A DNA stretch of 64,000 bases from Thermoanaerobaculia bacterium (lineage in GTDB: Bacteria; Acidobacteriota; Thermoanaerobaculia; Multivoradales; Multivoraceae), in assembly GCA_965116145.1 (NCBI GenBank), contig OZ220482.1, positions 1,729,450 through 1,793,449 of the forward strand, in the 5' to 3' direction. Positions within the stretch are counted from its first letter, which is position 1, and every line of letters begins with the position of its first letter. The position numbers and the translations under genes were made by a program. Positions 35,675 through 44,392 of the stretch are shown here, in pieces. Under the pieces are notes generated by a model. The model ran no database searches and was not told the origin of the DNA. It was given only the letters and a program-made list of their open reading frames with translations.

Positions 35675-37422
35675 TCCTTCGGTTCGGCACCGCCGCGGTT
35701 GCCGCCCTCGCCCTCGCCGCCCTGCTGCTGACGGGCTGCCTGGGCCATCCCCCCAGCCCGGCGCGCAGCGCGATGTTCGACTACGACCCGGGTACGGATC
35801 CGATCTCGAACCCTGAAGCGCTGTTCGCTCCGTTCGATCCCGAACGGGCCGACACGGACGCCACGATCAATCGCTACTCGCTCGACCAGCCGACCTCGCT
35901 GAATCCGCTCTTCATCCGCGCCTGGACGGACGGGTTCCTCTACCGCCTGCTGTTCGACCCGATCGCCCACCGGAACTCGGAACTGACCGCGGAGTGGAAT
36001 CCGGCGATGGTGGATGAGGTCGAGGAACTCGAGGACGGCCGCGTCCACCGCATCCGGCTCCACGCGGGGCTGCGCTGGCACGACGGAGCGCCGCTCACGT
36101 CCGAGGACGTCCGCTTTTCCTGGGAAGCGATCGCGGACGACAACGTGCCGGCGGTCGACTACAAGTACAAGGCCGCCGAGATCGAGGAAGTCCGCGTCAT
36201 CGACGACATCACCTTCGACGTCGTCCATCGGCAGGTGTCGGCGTTACGGATCGACAACCTCTACTTCCCCATCGTTCCGGCGCACATCCTGAACCACCCC
36301 GAAGAGCGGGCGGCAGACCCGACCCTGCGCACCAGCGCCTACTACAACCGCTACCTGCGGGAGCTCGGCATCGGCAACGGGCCGTACCGGTTCGTCGAGT
36401 GGGTCCACGCCGACCGGGTGGTCGTCGAACGCTGGGAGGACTACCCGTTCGAGCAGCCGCCGACCCGGCGCCAGGCGATCACCACGCACAGCGACCGAAA
36501 CGCCGCCCTGCTCCAGTTCCGCAAGGGGCAGCTCGACGACATCTGGCTGACCGTCCAGCAGCACGGCAGCCAGACGAACGACGACGAGTTCCGCGCCGTC
36601 GGCGTCAAGGCCTGGGGACCTCGGTGGATGCAGGCCTACATCGGCTGGCAGCAGGGCGGCAACAACCCGTTCTTCGGAGATGTCCGGGTGCGGCGGGCGA
36701 TGGCCCACGCCTACGACGCCGAGCGGGTCCTGCGGCAGGTGAGCTGGAACGTCTACACCCCCTCGAACGGCATGTTCCCGCCGAGCCACTGGAGCCACAA
36801 CCCGCAGATCGAACCGCTCGAGTACGACCTCGACAAGGCGGCAGTGCTGCTGGACGAGGCCGGTTGGCGGACCAGCCCGGACGACGGCTGGCGCTACAAG
36901 GAGATCGACGGTCGGAAGGTTCGCTTCCACTTCATGATGAATCTGCCGCAGTCCTTCGTCGACGCCCGCCGCATGGTCGACATCTACCGCGACGACCTGC
37001 GCCGGATCGGCGTCTCCTTCGACACCGAGATCCAGGAGAACGCAAGCCGCTCGCCGCTCCTGATCCAGCACGAGATGATCGCCCACGTCGACACCTTCCA
37101 GGTCTTCGCCGACCCAGATGTCTGGCGCAACTTCTTCCACAGCGAAGCGATCGACAACGGCCGCAACTACGACAGCTACAGCAATCCCAGGGTCGACGAG
37201 CTGTTCGACCGGTCGCGCCTCGAACTCGATCCCCAGCGCCGCGCCGAGCTGCTGCGCGAGCTGCAGGCCCGCATTCAGGCCGACCAGCCCGCCCTGTTCC
37301 TGTGGAACTACAGCACCACCTGGGGCTTCAGCAAGCGGATGCGCGGCGTCGAGCTCGGGCCGTCAGGCGTCACGGCGTTCGTTCCCGGCACGCGCAACTG
37401 GTGGGTCGAGCGGGCAGAGTAG
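35665..37422 (+). CDS. ABC transporter substrate-binding protein, family 5 (peptide/nickel type), lipoprotein
   Basis: Signal/lipobox AALALAALLLTGCLG. SBP_bac_5-like core. GTG start inferred near 35665. Confidence 0.75.
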   Translation: MPVILRFGTAAVAALALAALLLTGCLGHPPSPARSAMFDYDPGTDPISNPEALFAPFDPERADTDATINRYSLDQPTSLNPLFIRAWTDGFLYRLLFDPIAHRNSELTAEWNPAMVDEVEELEDGRVHRIRLHAGLRWHDGAPLTSEDVRFSWEAIADDNVPAVDYKYKAAEIEEVRVIDDITFDVVHRQVSALRIDNLYFPIVPAHILNHPEERAADPTLRTSAYYNRYLRELGIGNGPYRFVEWVHADRVVVERWEDYPFEQPPTRRQAITTHSDRNAALLQFRKGQLDDIWLTVQQHGSQTNDDEFRAVGVKAWGPRWMQAYIGWQQGGNNPFFGDVRVRRAMAHAYDAERVLRQVSWNVYTPSNGMFPPSHWSHNPQIEPLEYDLDKAAVLLDEAGWRTSPDDGWRYKEIDGRKVRFHFMMNLPQSFVDARRMVDIYRDDLRRIGVSFDTEIQENASRSPLLIQHEMIAHVDTFQVFADPDVWRNFFHSEAIDNGRNYDSYSNPRVDELFDRSRLELDPQRRAELLRELQARIQADQPALFLWNYSTTWGFSKRMRGVELGPSGVTAFVPGTRNWWVERAE

Positions 37423-37576
37423 GCTTCGGAGAGGCTCGGTGCCCGAGAGCCGCTGAGACCGACGGCGTCCATTCCGCAGCAGGGTCAGCCGCCACGGGCA
37501 TCCCATCGGATCGCCGGACGCGCGCCTGTAGTCTTGCCCGGCCCTGTGATCCGGACAGCAAGGCGAGGAGGCTGCC

Positions 37577-38290
37577 ATGAACCACCGACCGACGGCCGGC
37601 ACAAACGGTCGGCTCATCCTTGATCGACCGACCTACAACGCCTCGGAAGCCGGCCGACTTGCCGGCCTGAAGCCCGATCGGGTGCGCCGCTGGCTCCGCG
37701 GCTACATCTTCCGGCATGCAGGCGGTGCACGCCGACAGGAGCCGCTCGTTCGTCGCTCCGACCCGAAGCAGCCCGCGAACTACGCGTCCTTCCTCGAACT
37801 CGTGGATCTCCTGTTCGTCAAGGAGTTCCTCGATGAAGGCGTCTCCTTGCAGCAGCTCCGCCGAGCGCTGGCCGAAGCAGCGGAGCTTCTCGACATCACC
37901 CACTTCGCCCGGCAGGTCTTCTTCACCGAAGGCAAGAGAATCCACCTTCAGATCCGCGAAAAGGGCGGGAAGGCGCTTCTGCAGCTTCAGTCCGGCGGGC
38001 AGTGGGTCATCGCTCCGGTCATCCTTGAGCTGGCCAAGCGGATCGAATTCGACGATGCCAGCGAACTCGCCACCCGCTGGTACCCGCGCGGACCGACAGG
38101 GCGTATCGTCGTGGATCCGGCAGTTGCCTTCGGCCAGCCGACCATTGAGCGCCACGGAGTCGCCACCGCCAACGTCCTCGACCTCTACGAGGCAGAAGGC
38201 AAGAGCATCGAAGCGGTTTGCAGATGGTGGGGGCTGGCTCCCGAAGACGCCGAGGCTGCCATCGAGTTCGAGCGCAGCCTCGTCGCATGA
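37577..38290 (+). CDS. DUF433-containing protein (antitoxin-like partner of a PIN-like protein)
   Basis: C-terminal VDPAVAFGQPTIERHGVATANVLDLYEAEGKSIEAV is a DUF433 motif. The stop overlaps the next start (ATGA). Confidence 0.7.
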   Translation: MNHRPTAGTNGRLILDRPTYNASEAGRLAGLKPDRVRRWLRGYIFRHAGGARRQEPLVRRSDPKQPANYASFLELVDLLFVKEFLDEGVSLQQLRRALAEAAELLDITHFARQVFFTEGKRIHLQIREKGGKALLQLQSGGQWVIAPVILELAKRIEFDDASELATRWYPRGPTGRIVVDPAVAFGQPTIERHGVATANVLDLYEAEGKSIEAVCRWWGLAPEDAEAAIEFERSLVA

Positions 38291-38667
38291 CGTTCTTCAT
38301 CGACGCCAACCTCGGAGAGCAGATCGCGCGTGGGATGCAGGGGTTCGGCGAGGATGTCGTCCACCTGAAGGACTGCTTCGACGAGGGCGAAGCCGATGAA
38401 GTCTGGCTGAAGCACATCGGCGCGAAGGGCTGGTTCCTCCTGACGCGGGACGAACGGATTCGCTGGAAGCCGGCAGAAAGAGCGGCGCTCAGGACGCACA
38501 ACATCGGCGCCTTCTTCCTCGGAGGCAAGAATCTGAAGCGATGGCAGCTCATCGAGCAGGTCGTTCGGAACTGGACTCGCATTCAGCAACTCGCCAGGTC
38601 GACCCAGCCTCCCTTCGCGTACCGCGTCCCACCGCACGGAACGAAGATCAACGCCCTGGAACTTTGA
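38287..38667 (+). CDS. DUF5615-type PIN-like domain protein (toxin-like)
   Basis: MTFFIDANLGEQIARGMQGFGEDVVHLKD is a typical DUF5615/Mut7-C-like N-terminus. Confidence 0.7.
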   Translation: MTFFIDANLGEQIARGMQGFGEDVVHLKDCFDEGEADEVWLKHIGAKGWFLLTRDERIRWKPAERAALRTHNIGAFFLGGKNLKRWQLIEQVVRNWTRIQQLARSTQPPFAYRVPPHGTKINALEL

Positions 38668-38692
38668 ACGACACGTCCGTTCGCAGGCAACG

Positions 38693-38830
38693 ATGCTGGA
38701 CTTCCCGCACCGGCTGGCGGCTGGTGCGCGGCTGACTCTCAGCAGAGCTCTCCGTCCCACAGGCGTCGGACGAACGTCTCGGCCGGCAGGATCTCGATGC
38801 CGTCACCGTGATGCGCGACCGGGGCTCGAG
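38693..38830. repeat. direct repeat copy 1 (about 130 bp, decayed copy of DUF4411 3' end plus DUF4143-ATPase 3' end)
   Basis: About 95% identical to 40985..41110 by direct alignment, with one indel and a few substitutions. Confidence 0.8.
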
Positions 38831-39066
38831 TCAAGCTCGGGGCGGCGGGCGTCACCACGTTCTTGTTTGTCGATCACCGCGGCGGCAACCGTTCACGCCT
38901 GCCACCGCAAGGCCGCCAAGGGAGCGTTCGCTCCCGGGACGCGGAACCGGTGTGGGTCGAGCGGCAGTGACGGGGCTACGACCCGCGGAGCCGGACCCCG
39001 GATAGGCTCGGGCGGAACGGGCCGGCGTGGACAGCGCCGACCCCGAGTTCACGCAACGTCGCGAGA

Positions 39067-39339
39067 GTGCCGCCAATGGTCCTGCTGGTTCGAAACCGGG
39101 TCAAGGACATGGCCCGCTGGAAGCGGGTCTTCGACGAGCAGGAGGCGGCGGGACTGGCCGCCGGCCTCTCGGTGCGGCGCGTATGGCGTTCCGCCGACCG
39201 GGATGACGAGGTGTTCTTCCTCCTCGGCGTCGAAGACCGCGCGCGGGCCGAGGCATACATGGCGACACCCGAGGCCGCCGCGGTCGGCGAGCAGGCCGGC
39301 GCCATCGACGGCGAGTACTGGTTCCTGGAGAGACTGTAG
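39067..39339 (+). CDS. hypothetical small protein
   Basis: ORF whose stop overlaps the GTG start of the HTH-ImmA gene. No clear domain. Confidence 0.35.
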   Translation: MPPMVLLVRNRVKDMARWKRVFDEQEAAGLAAGLSVRRVWRSADRDDEVFFLLGVEDRARAEAYMATPEAAAVGEQAGAIDGEYWFLERL

Positions 39340-40505
39340 TGCCGGCCGTGAACCCGGATGTCCTCTGCTGGGCACGGGACTCGGCCGGGCTGACGAAGGA
39401 AGAGGCCGCGGCCAGGCTCCAGTTCAGGGACGCGAGCAGCAGGAGCGCCATCGAACGGCTGGAGCAGCTCGAGTCCGGCGCCGTTCTTCCGTCCCGGTCG
39501 GTGCTGGCGAGGATGGCAAGGCAGTATCGAAGACCGCTGGTCGCGCTCTACCTGGCCGAACCGCCGCCGCCCGGCGACCGGAGCACGGACTTCCGCACCC
39601 TGGACGGAGCGCCGGCGCCCGCCGACGATGCTGCGGTTCAGACGCTGGTCCGCCAGATCCTTGCCAGTCAAAGTACGGTGCGCGAGGTGCTGCTGGAGGA
39701 GGAGGCGGACGAGGTCGACCTGGTCGGCTCGCTGACCTTGGAAGACGGCCGCGCCGTTGCCATCGATCATCTCGAACAGCTGATCGGGGCTGCCCATCCG
39801 CGCAGCGCGCCCAACCCGGAAAGGGCCTTTCGGAAATTGCGGTCCGCAGTACACGAACAGCGCGTGTTCGTACTGCTCAAGGGCGACCTCGGAAGCCATC
39901 ACACGGCGGTCACCACGGAGCAGTTCCGGGGCTTCGCGCTGGCGGACCGGGTGGCGCCGTTCATCGTGGTCAATCCCAACGACGCAAGAGCCGCATGGTC
40001 GTTCACGCTCGTCCACGAACTGGTTCATCTCCTGCTCGGCAACAGCGGCATCAGTGCGCTTGGCGCAGACAACGAGGTGGAACGCTTCTGCAATGGCGCC
40101 GCCGCCGAGTACCTGCTTCCGCTTGACGCCATCGAGGATCTGGCGCCGCCGCGGCTCGGCTTCCCGGAACTGGTCGCCGCCATCGACGCAGCCGCCAACA
40201 CGAACAACGTCAGCCGCCCGGTCGTGGCCTACCGGCTGCGTCAGGTCAACCGCATCGACGGCGCACAGTTGCGAAGACTGCTCAGCCATTTTCGCCAGCA
40301 GTGGCTGAGCAGCCGGACGGACAGGAGCGAAGTGAAGGCCGAGCGCGTACCGATTTCGCCTTACAGAGTAAAACGGCACCGCGCCGGCGAGGCGCTGCTC
40401 GACCTGGTGCGGCGCGCACACGGAGAAGGTGCGCTGCCGACGACCCGCGCCGCGGTCGCGCTCGGCGTGAAGTCCACGCAGGTCCGACAGATGCTGGACA
40501 GCTAG
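39339..40505 (+). CDS. HTH (XRE-like) + ImmA/IrrE-family zinc metallopeptidase fusion
   Basis: HEXXH motif LVHELVHLLLG. The N-terminal region is consistent with an XRE-like HTH regulator. GTG start. Confidence 0.75.
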   Translation: MPAVNPDVLCWARDSAGLTKEEAAARLQFRDASSRSAIERLEQLESGAVLPSRSVLARMARQYRRPLVALYLAEPPPPGDRSTDFRTLDGAPAPADDAAVQTLVRQILASQSTVREVLLEEEADEVDLVGSLTLEDGRAVAIDHLEQLIGAAHPRSAPNPERAFRKLRSAVHEQRVFVLLKGDLGSHHTAVTTEQFRGFALADRVAPFIVVNPNDARAAWSFTLVHELVHLLLGNSGISALGADNEVERFCNGAAAEYLLPLDAIEDLAPPRLGFPELVAAIDAAANTNNVSRPVVAYRLRQVNRIDGAQLRRLLSHFRQQWLSSRTDRSEVKAERVPISPYRVKRHRAGEALLDLVRRAHGEGALPTTRAAVALGVKSTQVRQMLDS

Positions 40506-40519
40506 CGAGAAAGGCCTGC

Positions 40520-41023
40520 TTGCGCTACCTGCTGGACGCGAACGTCCTGATCGACGCAGAGCGTGACTACCAACCCCTTGACCGCGTTCCGGAGTTCTGG
40601 GAATGGCTGCTCCATCTCGCCGAGCAAGGACGCATCAAGGTGCCGCGGGAGGTGTACGACGAAGTTGCGCAGGGCAAGGACGACGCCTTGGCCAAGTGGA
40701 TCAAGGCGAACAGGGCGCTGCTCCTGGAGACCTCGGAACCGGACGTGGAAGCTGTGCGCCATGTGACGACGAATGGCTACGCTCCTGACCTCACGGAGGA
40801 CGAACTCGAAACACTCCGGGCCGACCCGCTGCTTGTTGCCTACGCGTTCGTCGCGCCCCGCTTGATCGCCGTGGTGACAATGGAGCGAAGCAAGCCGAGG
40901 CGGGAACGTGCCAACCGCCACCTGCCCGATGTCTGCGGCGACCTGGGCGTCACCTGCATCGACACGTTCGAACTGCTTCGCCGTCTGGACTTCCGCACCG
41001 GCTGGCGGCAGGTGCGCGGCTGA
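40520..41023 (+). CDS. DUF4411-type PIN-like protein (toxin-like partner of ImmA/IrrE)
   Basis: LRYLLDANVLIDAERDY... is typical of the DUF4411 N-terminus. The start codon is uncertain (TTG near 40520), downstream of a GAAAGG sequence. Confidence 0.6.
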   Translation: MRYLLDANVLIDAERDYQPLDRVPEFWEWLLHLAEQGRIKVPREVYDEVAQGKDDALAKWIKANRALLLETSEPDVEAVRHVTTNGYAPDLTEDELETLRADPLLVAYAFVAPRLIAVVTMERSKPRRERANRHLPDVCGDLGVTCIDTFELLRRLDFRTGWRQVRG

Positions 41024-41110
41024 CTCTCAGCAGAGCTCTCCGTCCCACAGGCGTCGGACGAACGTCTCGGCCGGCAGGATCTCGATGCCGTCGTCCGTGA
41101 TGCGGGACCG
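40985..41110. repeat. direct repeat copy 2 (functional 3' ends of DUF4411 and DUF4143-ATPase genes)
   Basis: Pairs with 38693..38830. Confidence 0.8.
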
Positions 41111-42235
41111 GGGCTCGAGGCTGACGACGATCCGGCGGCCGGTCTTCGGGTGATCCTGCACCAGACTGCGGAGCCCCTTCAGGTGCTGACGTCCGATCTG
41201 GCGGACTGCCTTCGCCTCCACGGCGAGCTCCATGTCCCCGAGCACGAAGTCGACCTCGGTGCCGCCGGCCAGACGCCAGAAGGACAGGGCCTCGTCACGC
41301 TCCCGGTAACTGACAAAGGCGGCAAGCTCGTGGTGGATCCAGTTCTCGAAGGCGTGGCCGTAGGCCTCGGACCCTCGTTCCAGCCGTTGTCGACGCGCGA
41401 GCCGATTCACGATCCCGACATCCGCGAAGTAGAACTTCGGCGCCTGGATCACCCTGCGCTTCGGCCGCTTGCGGTAGGCCGGGAGCCAGCTTCCGAGCAG
41501 CGTGTCCTCGAGAATGCCGAACCAGGCCCGCACCGTGTGACCCGAGATGCCGCAGTCGCGCGCGATGTTCGAGAAGTTGACGATGCCCCCGTCGCTCAGC
41601 GCGGCAGCGTCCAGGAACTCAGCGAAGACGGGAAGAGACCGCACGGCGCCTTCTGCCGCGACCTCTTCCCGCAGGTAGTCGCCGACATAGGCGTCGAGCA
41701 ACCGCAGCGGCCGCCGACTCCGATACACGGGCGGCAGGAAACCGTGGTTCAACAGCCGGTCGAGGTCGAGGTCTGCTCCCAGCTCGTACGCGACGAGCCC
41801 CCGCAGCTCGTACCTCAGGGCCCTGCCGCCCAGCAGATTGGCCGCACCGCGCCGCATCTTGCGGGCGCTCGATCCGCAGAGAGCAAAGCGCAGGCCGCGG
41901 TTCTCGATCAGCCAGTGGACTTCGTCCAGCAGCGCCGGCGCCTTCTGGATCTCGTCGATCACGACCTGCCGGGACGGGTCCGCGCCCACCGCCTCGATCT
42001 CCTGCCGCAGCAGTTCGGGTCGACTCGCGTAGCGGCGGTACTCGTCCGCCTTCAGCAGGTCGATCCAGCGGCCATCGGGATAGGCCGAGTGCAGCAAGGT
42101 GCTCTTGCCTGTCTGCCGAGGCCCCCAGAGGAAGAACGTCTCGCGTCCAGAGGGCGGCAATTCCAGCGCACGCCTGAACATGTAGCGCAAACTATCATGA
42201 TCATCGGAAGTGGCGCTGCACATGCGCATGCGCAC
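41027..42235 (-). CDS. AAA ATPase with DUF4143 domain (AAA_14 family)
   Basis: P-loop GPRQTGKSTL. The family architecture is typical. The true start is possibly at MFRRALE (42181). Confidence 0.75.
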   Translation of the reverse strand: MRMRMCSATSDDHDSLRYMFRRALELPPSGRETFFLWGPRQTGKSTLLHSAYPDGRWIDLLKADEYRRYASRPELLRQEIEAVGADPSRQVVIDEIQKAPALLDEVHWLIENRGLRFALCGSSARKMRRGAANLLGGRALRYELRGLVAYELGADLDLDRLLNHGFLPPVYRSRRPLRLLDAYVGDYLREEVAAEGAVRSLPVFAEFLDAAALSDGGIVNFSNIARDCGISGHTVRAWFGILEDTLLGSWLPAYRKRPKRRVIQAPKFYFADVGIVNRLARRQRLERGSEAYGHAFENWIHHELAAFVSYRERDEALSFWRLAGGTEVDFVLGDMELAVEAKAVRQIGRQHLKGLRSLVQDHPKTGRRIVVSLEPRSRITDDGIEILPAETFVRRLWDGELC

Positions 42236-42325
42236 CCGAGGCGTCGCCGCGCCAGCCTCACGGTCCCCGTCGCGAGGTGCCAGCCAGCGCCCAAGAACTG
42301 TGTTGCGTTCTGCGGCGCAGGGTCC

Positions 42326-43864
42326 TCAGTTGAACTGCTCCCGCAGCAGGCGCTTCAGGATCTTGCCCGACGGGTTGCGGGGCAACTGGTCAATGAAGTG
42401 GACAGCCACGGGTTGCTTGAAGCGGGCCAGCTTGTCCTGGCAGAACTCGAGGATCTCCTCGCCCTCGAGGCTGTCGTCGGAGCGAACGACGATGGCGACC
42501 GGGGACTCGCCCCACGTTTCGTTCTCGCGACCGATGACTCCGACTTCGAGGATCTTGGGGTGGCGGCCGATGACCTCTTCAAGCTCGGCCGGATAGACGT
42601 TCTCACCGCCGGAGATGATCATGTCCTTCAGCCGGTCCTGAATGTAGACGAAGCCGTCCTCGTCCATCACTGCGCCGTCGCCGGTGCGGAGCCAGCCGTC
42701 GACGATCGCCTCGGCTGTGGCCTCGGGACGGTTCCAGTACTCCTTCATCAGGTGGCGGCCGGCGACCAGCACCTCACCGGCGTCGCCGGGGGCGCAGTCG
42801 TTGCCCTCGTTGTCGACGACGCGAACGGAGGTGTGGAAGAACGCCTTGCCGGTGGAGCCCGCCTTGCGGATCGCGTCCTCGGGCGAGATCAGGCAGGCCG
42901 GCCCGCAGGTCTCGGTCAGGCCGTAGACCTGGTGGATCTCGATGCCGAGCTTCTCGTAGGCCTCGATCAGGTTGACCGGCACCGGCGCCGCGCCGCTCAT
43001 GCACCAGCGCAGCCGTTCGTGCCGGCAACGCTCCGGATCGTGAGCCTGGAGCATGAAGTTGAGCATCGCCGGCACCTTCAGCATGACGTCGATGTTCTCT
43101 TCGTCGATCAGTTGCCAGGTGCGTACGGGATCGAACGAGCGCATGACGATGCTGGTGCTGCCGCGGTGGACGTTGCCGGTCGCCGGGGTCAGTGCGCCGA
43201 CGTGGAAGAGCGGCAGGGAGACGAGGTAGCGGTCGCCGTACCGGGTGTCGGCGGTCGTCATGATCGTCAGGCAGGCCCACAGCGCCGACTCGTGGGTGTG
43301 GACCGCGCCCTTGGGCAGCCCGGTCGTGCCCGAGGTGTACATGATGTAGAGCAGATCGCTGTCCGCCGCTGCGATCCCGGGCTCCGCCTCGCTCGCCGCG
43401 GCCGTCGCGTCGAGGTACGAAAGGCAGCCCTCCGGACGCTGTTCGTCCGGACCGACGTGCACCCACCTGGTGACACCCGTGCCGTTCTCGCCGCCGCCGC
43501 GCGCCATCAGATCCAGCACCTGGGCCCGGAACTCGTCGCCGAAGATCAGGGCGCCGGCGCCGGCATCGCGGATGATGAAGGCAAGCTCCTCGGGCGTCAG
43601 CCGCCAGTTGAGCGGCACGCAGACGGCGCCGATCTTGGCGATCGCGAAGAAGGACTCCATGTACTCGACGCTGTTCATCAGGAGCAGCGCGACCCGGTCG
43701 CCCTTGCCGACGCCCAGGCCGCGGAGCGCATGGGCGGTCCGGTTCGAGCGCAGGTTCCACTCGGCAAACGTGAACCGGCGCTCCGTTTCGATGTCGACGA
43801 AGCCCTCCAGGTCCGGCGACAGGGAGGCGCGCTTGGTCAGGATGAGTCCGACGTTGTCCTGCAT
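42326..43864 (-). CDS. acyl-CoA synthetase (AMP-binding, long/medium-chain fatty-acid--CoA ligase)
   Basis: AMP-binding motifs YTSGTTGLPKG and GYGLTE, plus the C-terminal PSGKILKR. Confidence 0.9.
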   Translation of the reverse strand: MQDNVGLILTKRASLSPDLEGFVDIETERRFTFAEWNLRSNRTAHALRGLGVGKGDRVALLLMNSVEYMESFFAIAKIGAVCVPLNWRLTPEELAFIIRDAGAGALIFGDEFRAQVLDLMARGGGENGTGVTRWVHVGPDEQRPEGCLSYLDATAAASEAEPGIAAADSDLLYIMYTSGTTGLPKGAVHTHESALWACLTIMTTADTRYGDRYLVSLPLFHVGALTPATGNVHRGSTSIVMRSFDPVRTWQLIDEENIDVMLKVPAMLNFMLQAHDPERCRHERLRWCMSGAAPVPVNLIEAYEKLGIEIHQVYGLTETCGPACLISPEDAIRKAGSTGKAFFHTSVRVVDNEGNDCAPGDAGEVLVAGRHLMKEYWNRPEATAEAIVDGWLRTGDGAVMDEDGFVYIQDRLKDMIISGGENVYPAELEEVIGRHPKILEVGVIGRENETWGESPVAIVVRSDDSLEGEEILEFCQDKLARFKQPVAVHFIDQLPRNPSGKILKRLLREQFN

Positions 43865-43963
43865 GGTCTCCTTCTCCTCAGACGTTCGGCACCCGGCGTT
43901 CGGTCAACGACAGCACCGGCTGGAAGTCCGGATGCTAACCCGCAGATCAGGCCTTCCTGCGCT

Positions 43964-44326
43964 ATGCTCCACGCCATGGCGGTTGCGGAGCCCATACCAC
44001 CCGGCGCGTCGGAGGCGGTGACCCGCTCCGACCTGGACCTCCTGCGCGCCGACATCCGTGCGGACATTGCCGAGCATCGCGGCGAGACCCGCGGTGACAT
44101 CGGTGAACTGCGCGGGGATGTCGGCGAACTGCGCGGAGCCGTCAGCGAACTGCGCGGCACCGTCGGTGAACTGCGCGGCGGCCAGGAAAAACTGCGCGCC
44201 GACATGAGCGATCTGCGCACCGACATGGGCGAACTGCGAGGTGAAGTCCGCGCCATGCGCTGGACCGTCTCACTGGTCGGTGTCGGCGTGGCGGCGCTGA
44301 TGCTGCTGTTGCGCCTGCTCGGCTGA
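43964..44326 (+). CDS. DUF1640-like coiled-coil/TM protein with expanded ELRG heptad-like repeats (paralog 4)
   Basis: MLHAMAVAE...SDLDLLRADIRADIAEHRGETRGDIGELRGDVGELRGAVSELRGTVGELRG...TVSLVGVGVAALMLLLRLLG. The ATG at 43964 lies in the tail of a spurious 1058-aa ORF. Confidence 0.55.
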   Translation: MLHAMAVAEPIPPGASEAVTRSDLDLLRADIRADIAEHRGETRGDIGELRGDVGELRGAVSELRGTVGELRGGQEKLRADMSDLRTDMGELRGEVRAMRWTVSLVGVGVAALMLLLRLLG

Positions 44327-44392
44327 CGCCGGGCCGTTCCGGCCTCGCCCGGGCAGTCCGCGGCCCGCAGGACCGAGTCGTACCCGGAGCGG

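Noticed and set aside
38693-40126. 477-aa plus-strand ORF and the 481-aa minus ORF 38976..40421
   Set aside because: Both overlap the well-supported HTH-ImmA gene in the wrong frame or on the wrong strand. Low-complexity translations.
41150-44326. 1058-aa plus-strand ORF
   Set aside because: Antisense to the DUF4143 ATPase and acyl-CoA synthetase genes. Only its last about 120 codons (43964..44326) form a plausible gene (DUF1640-like paralog 4).
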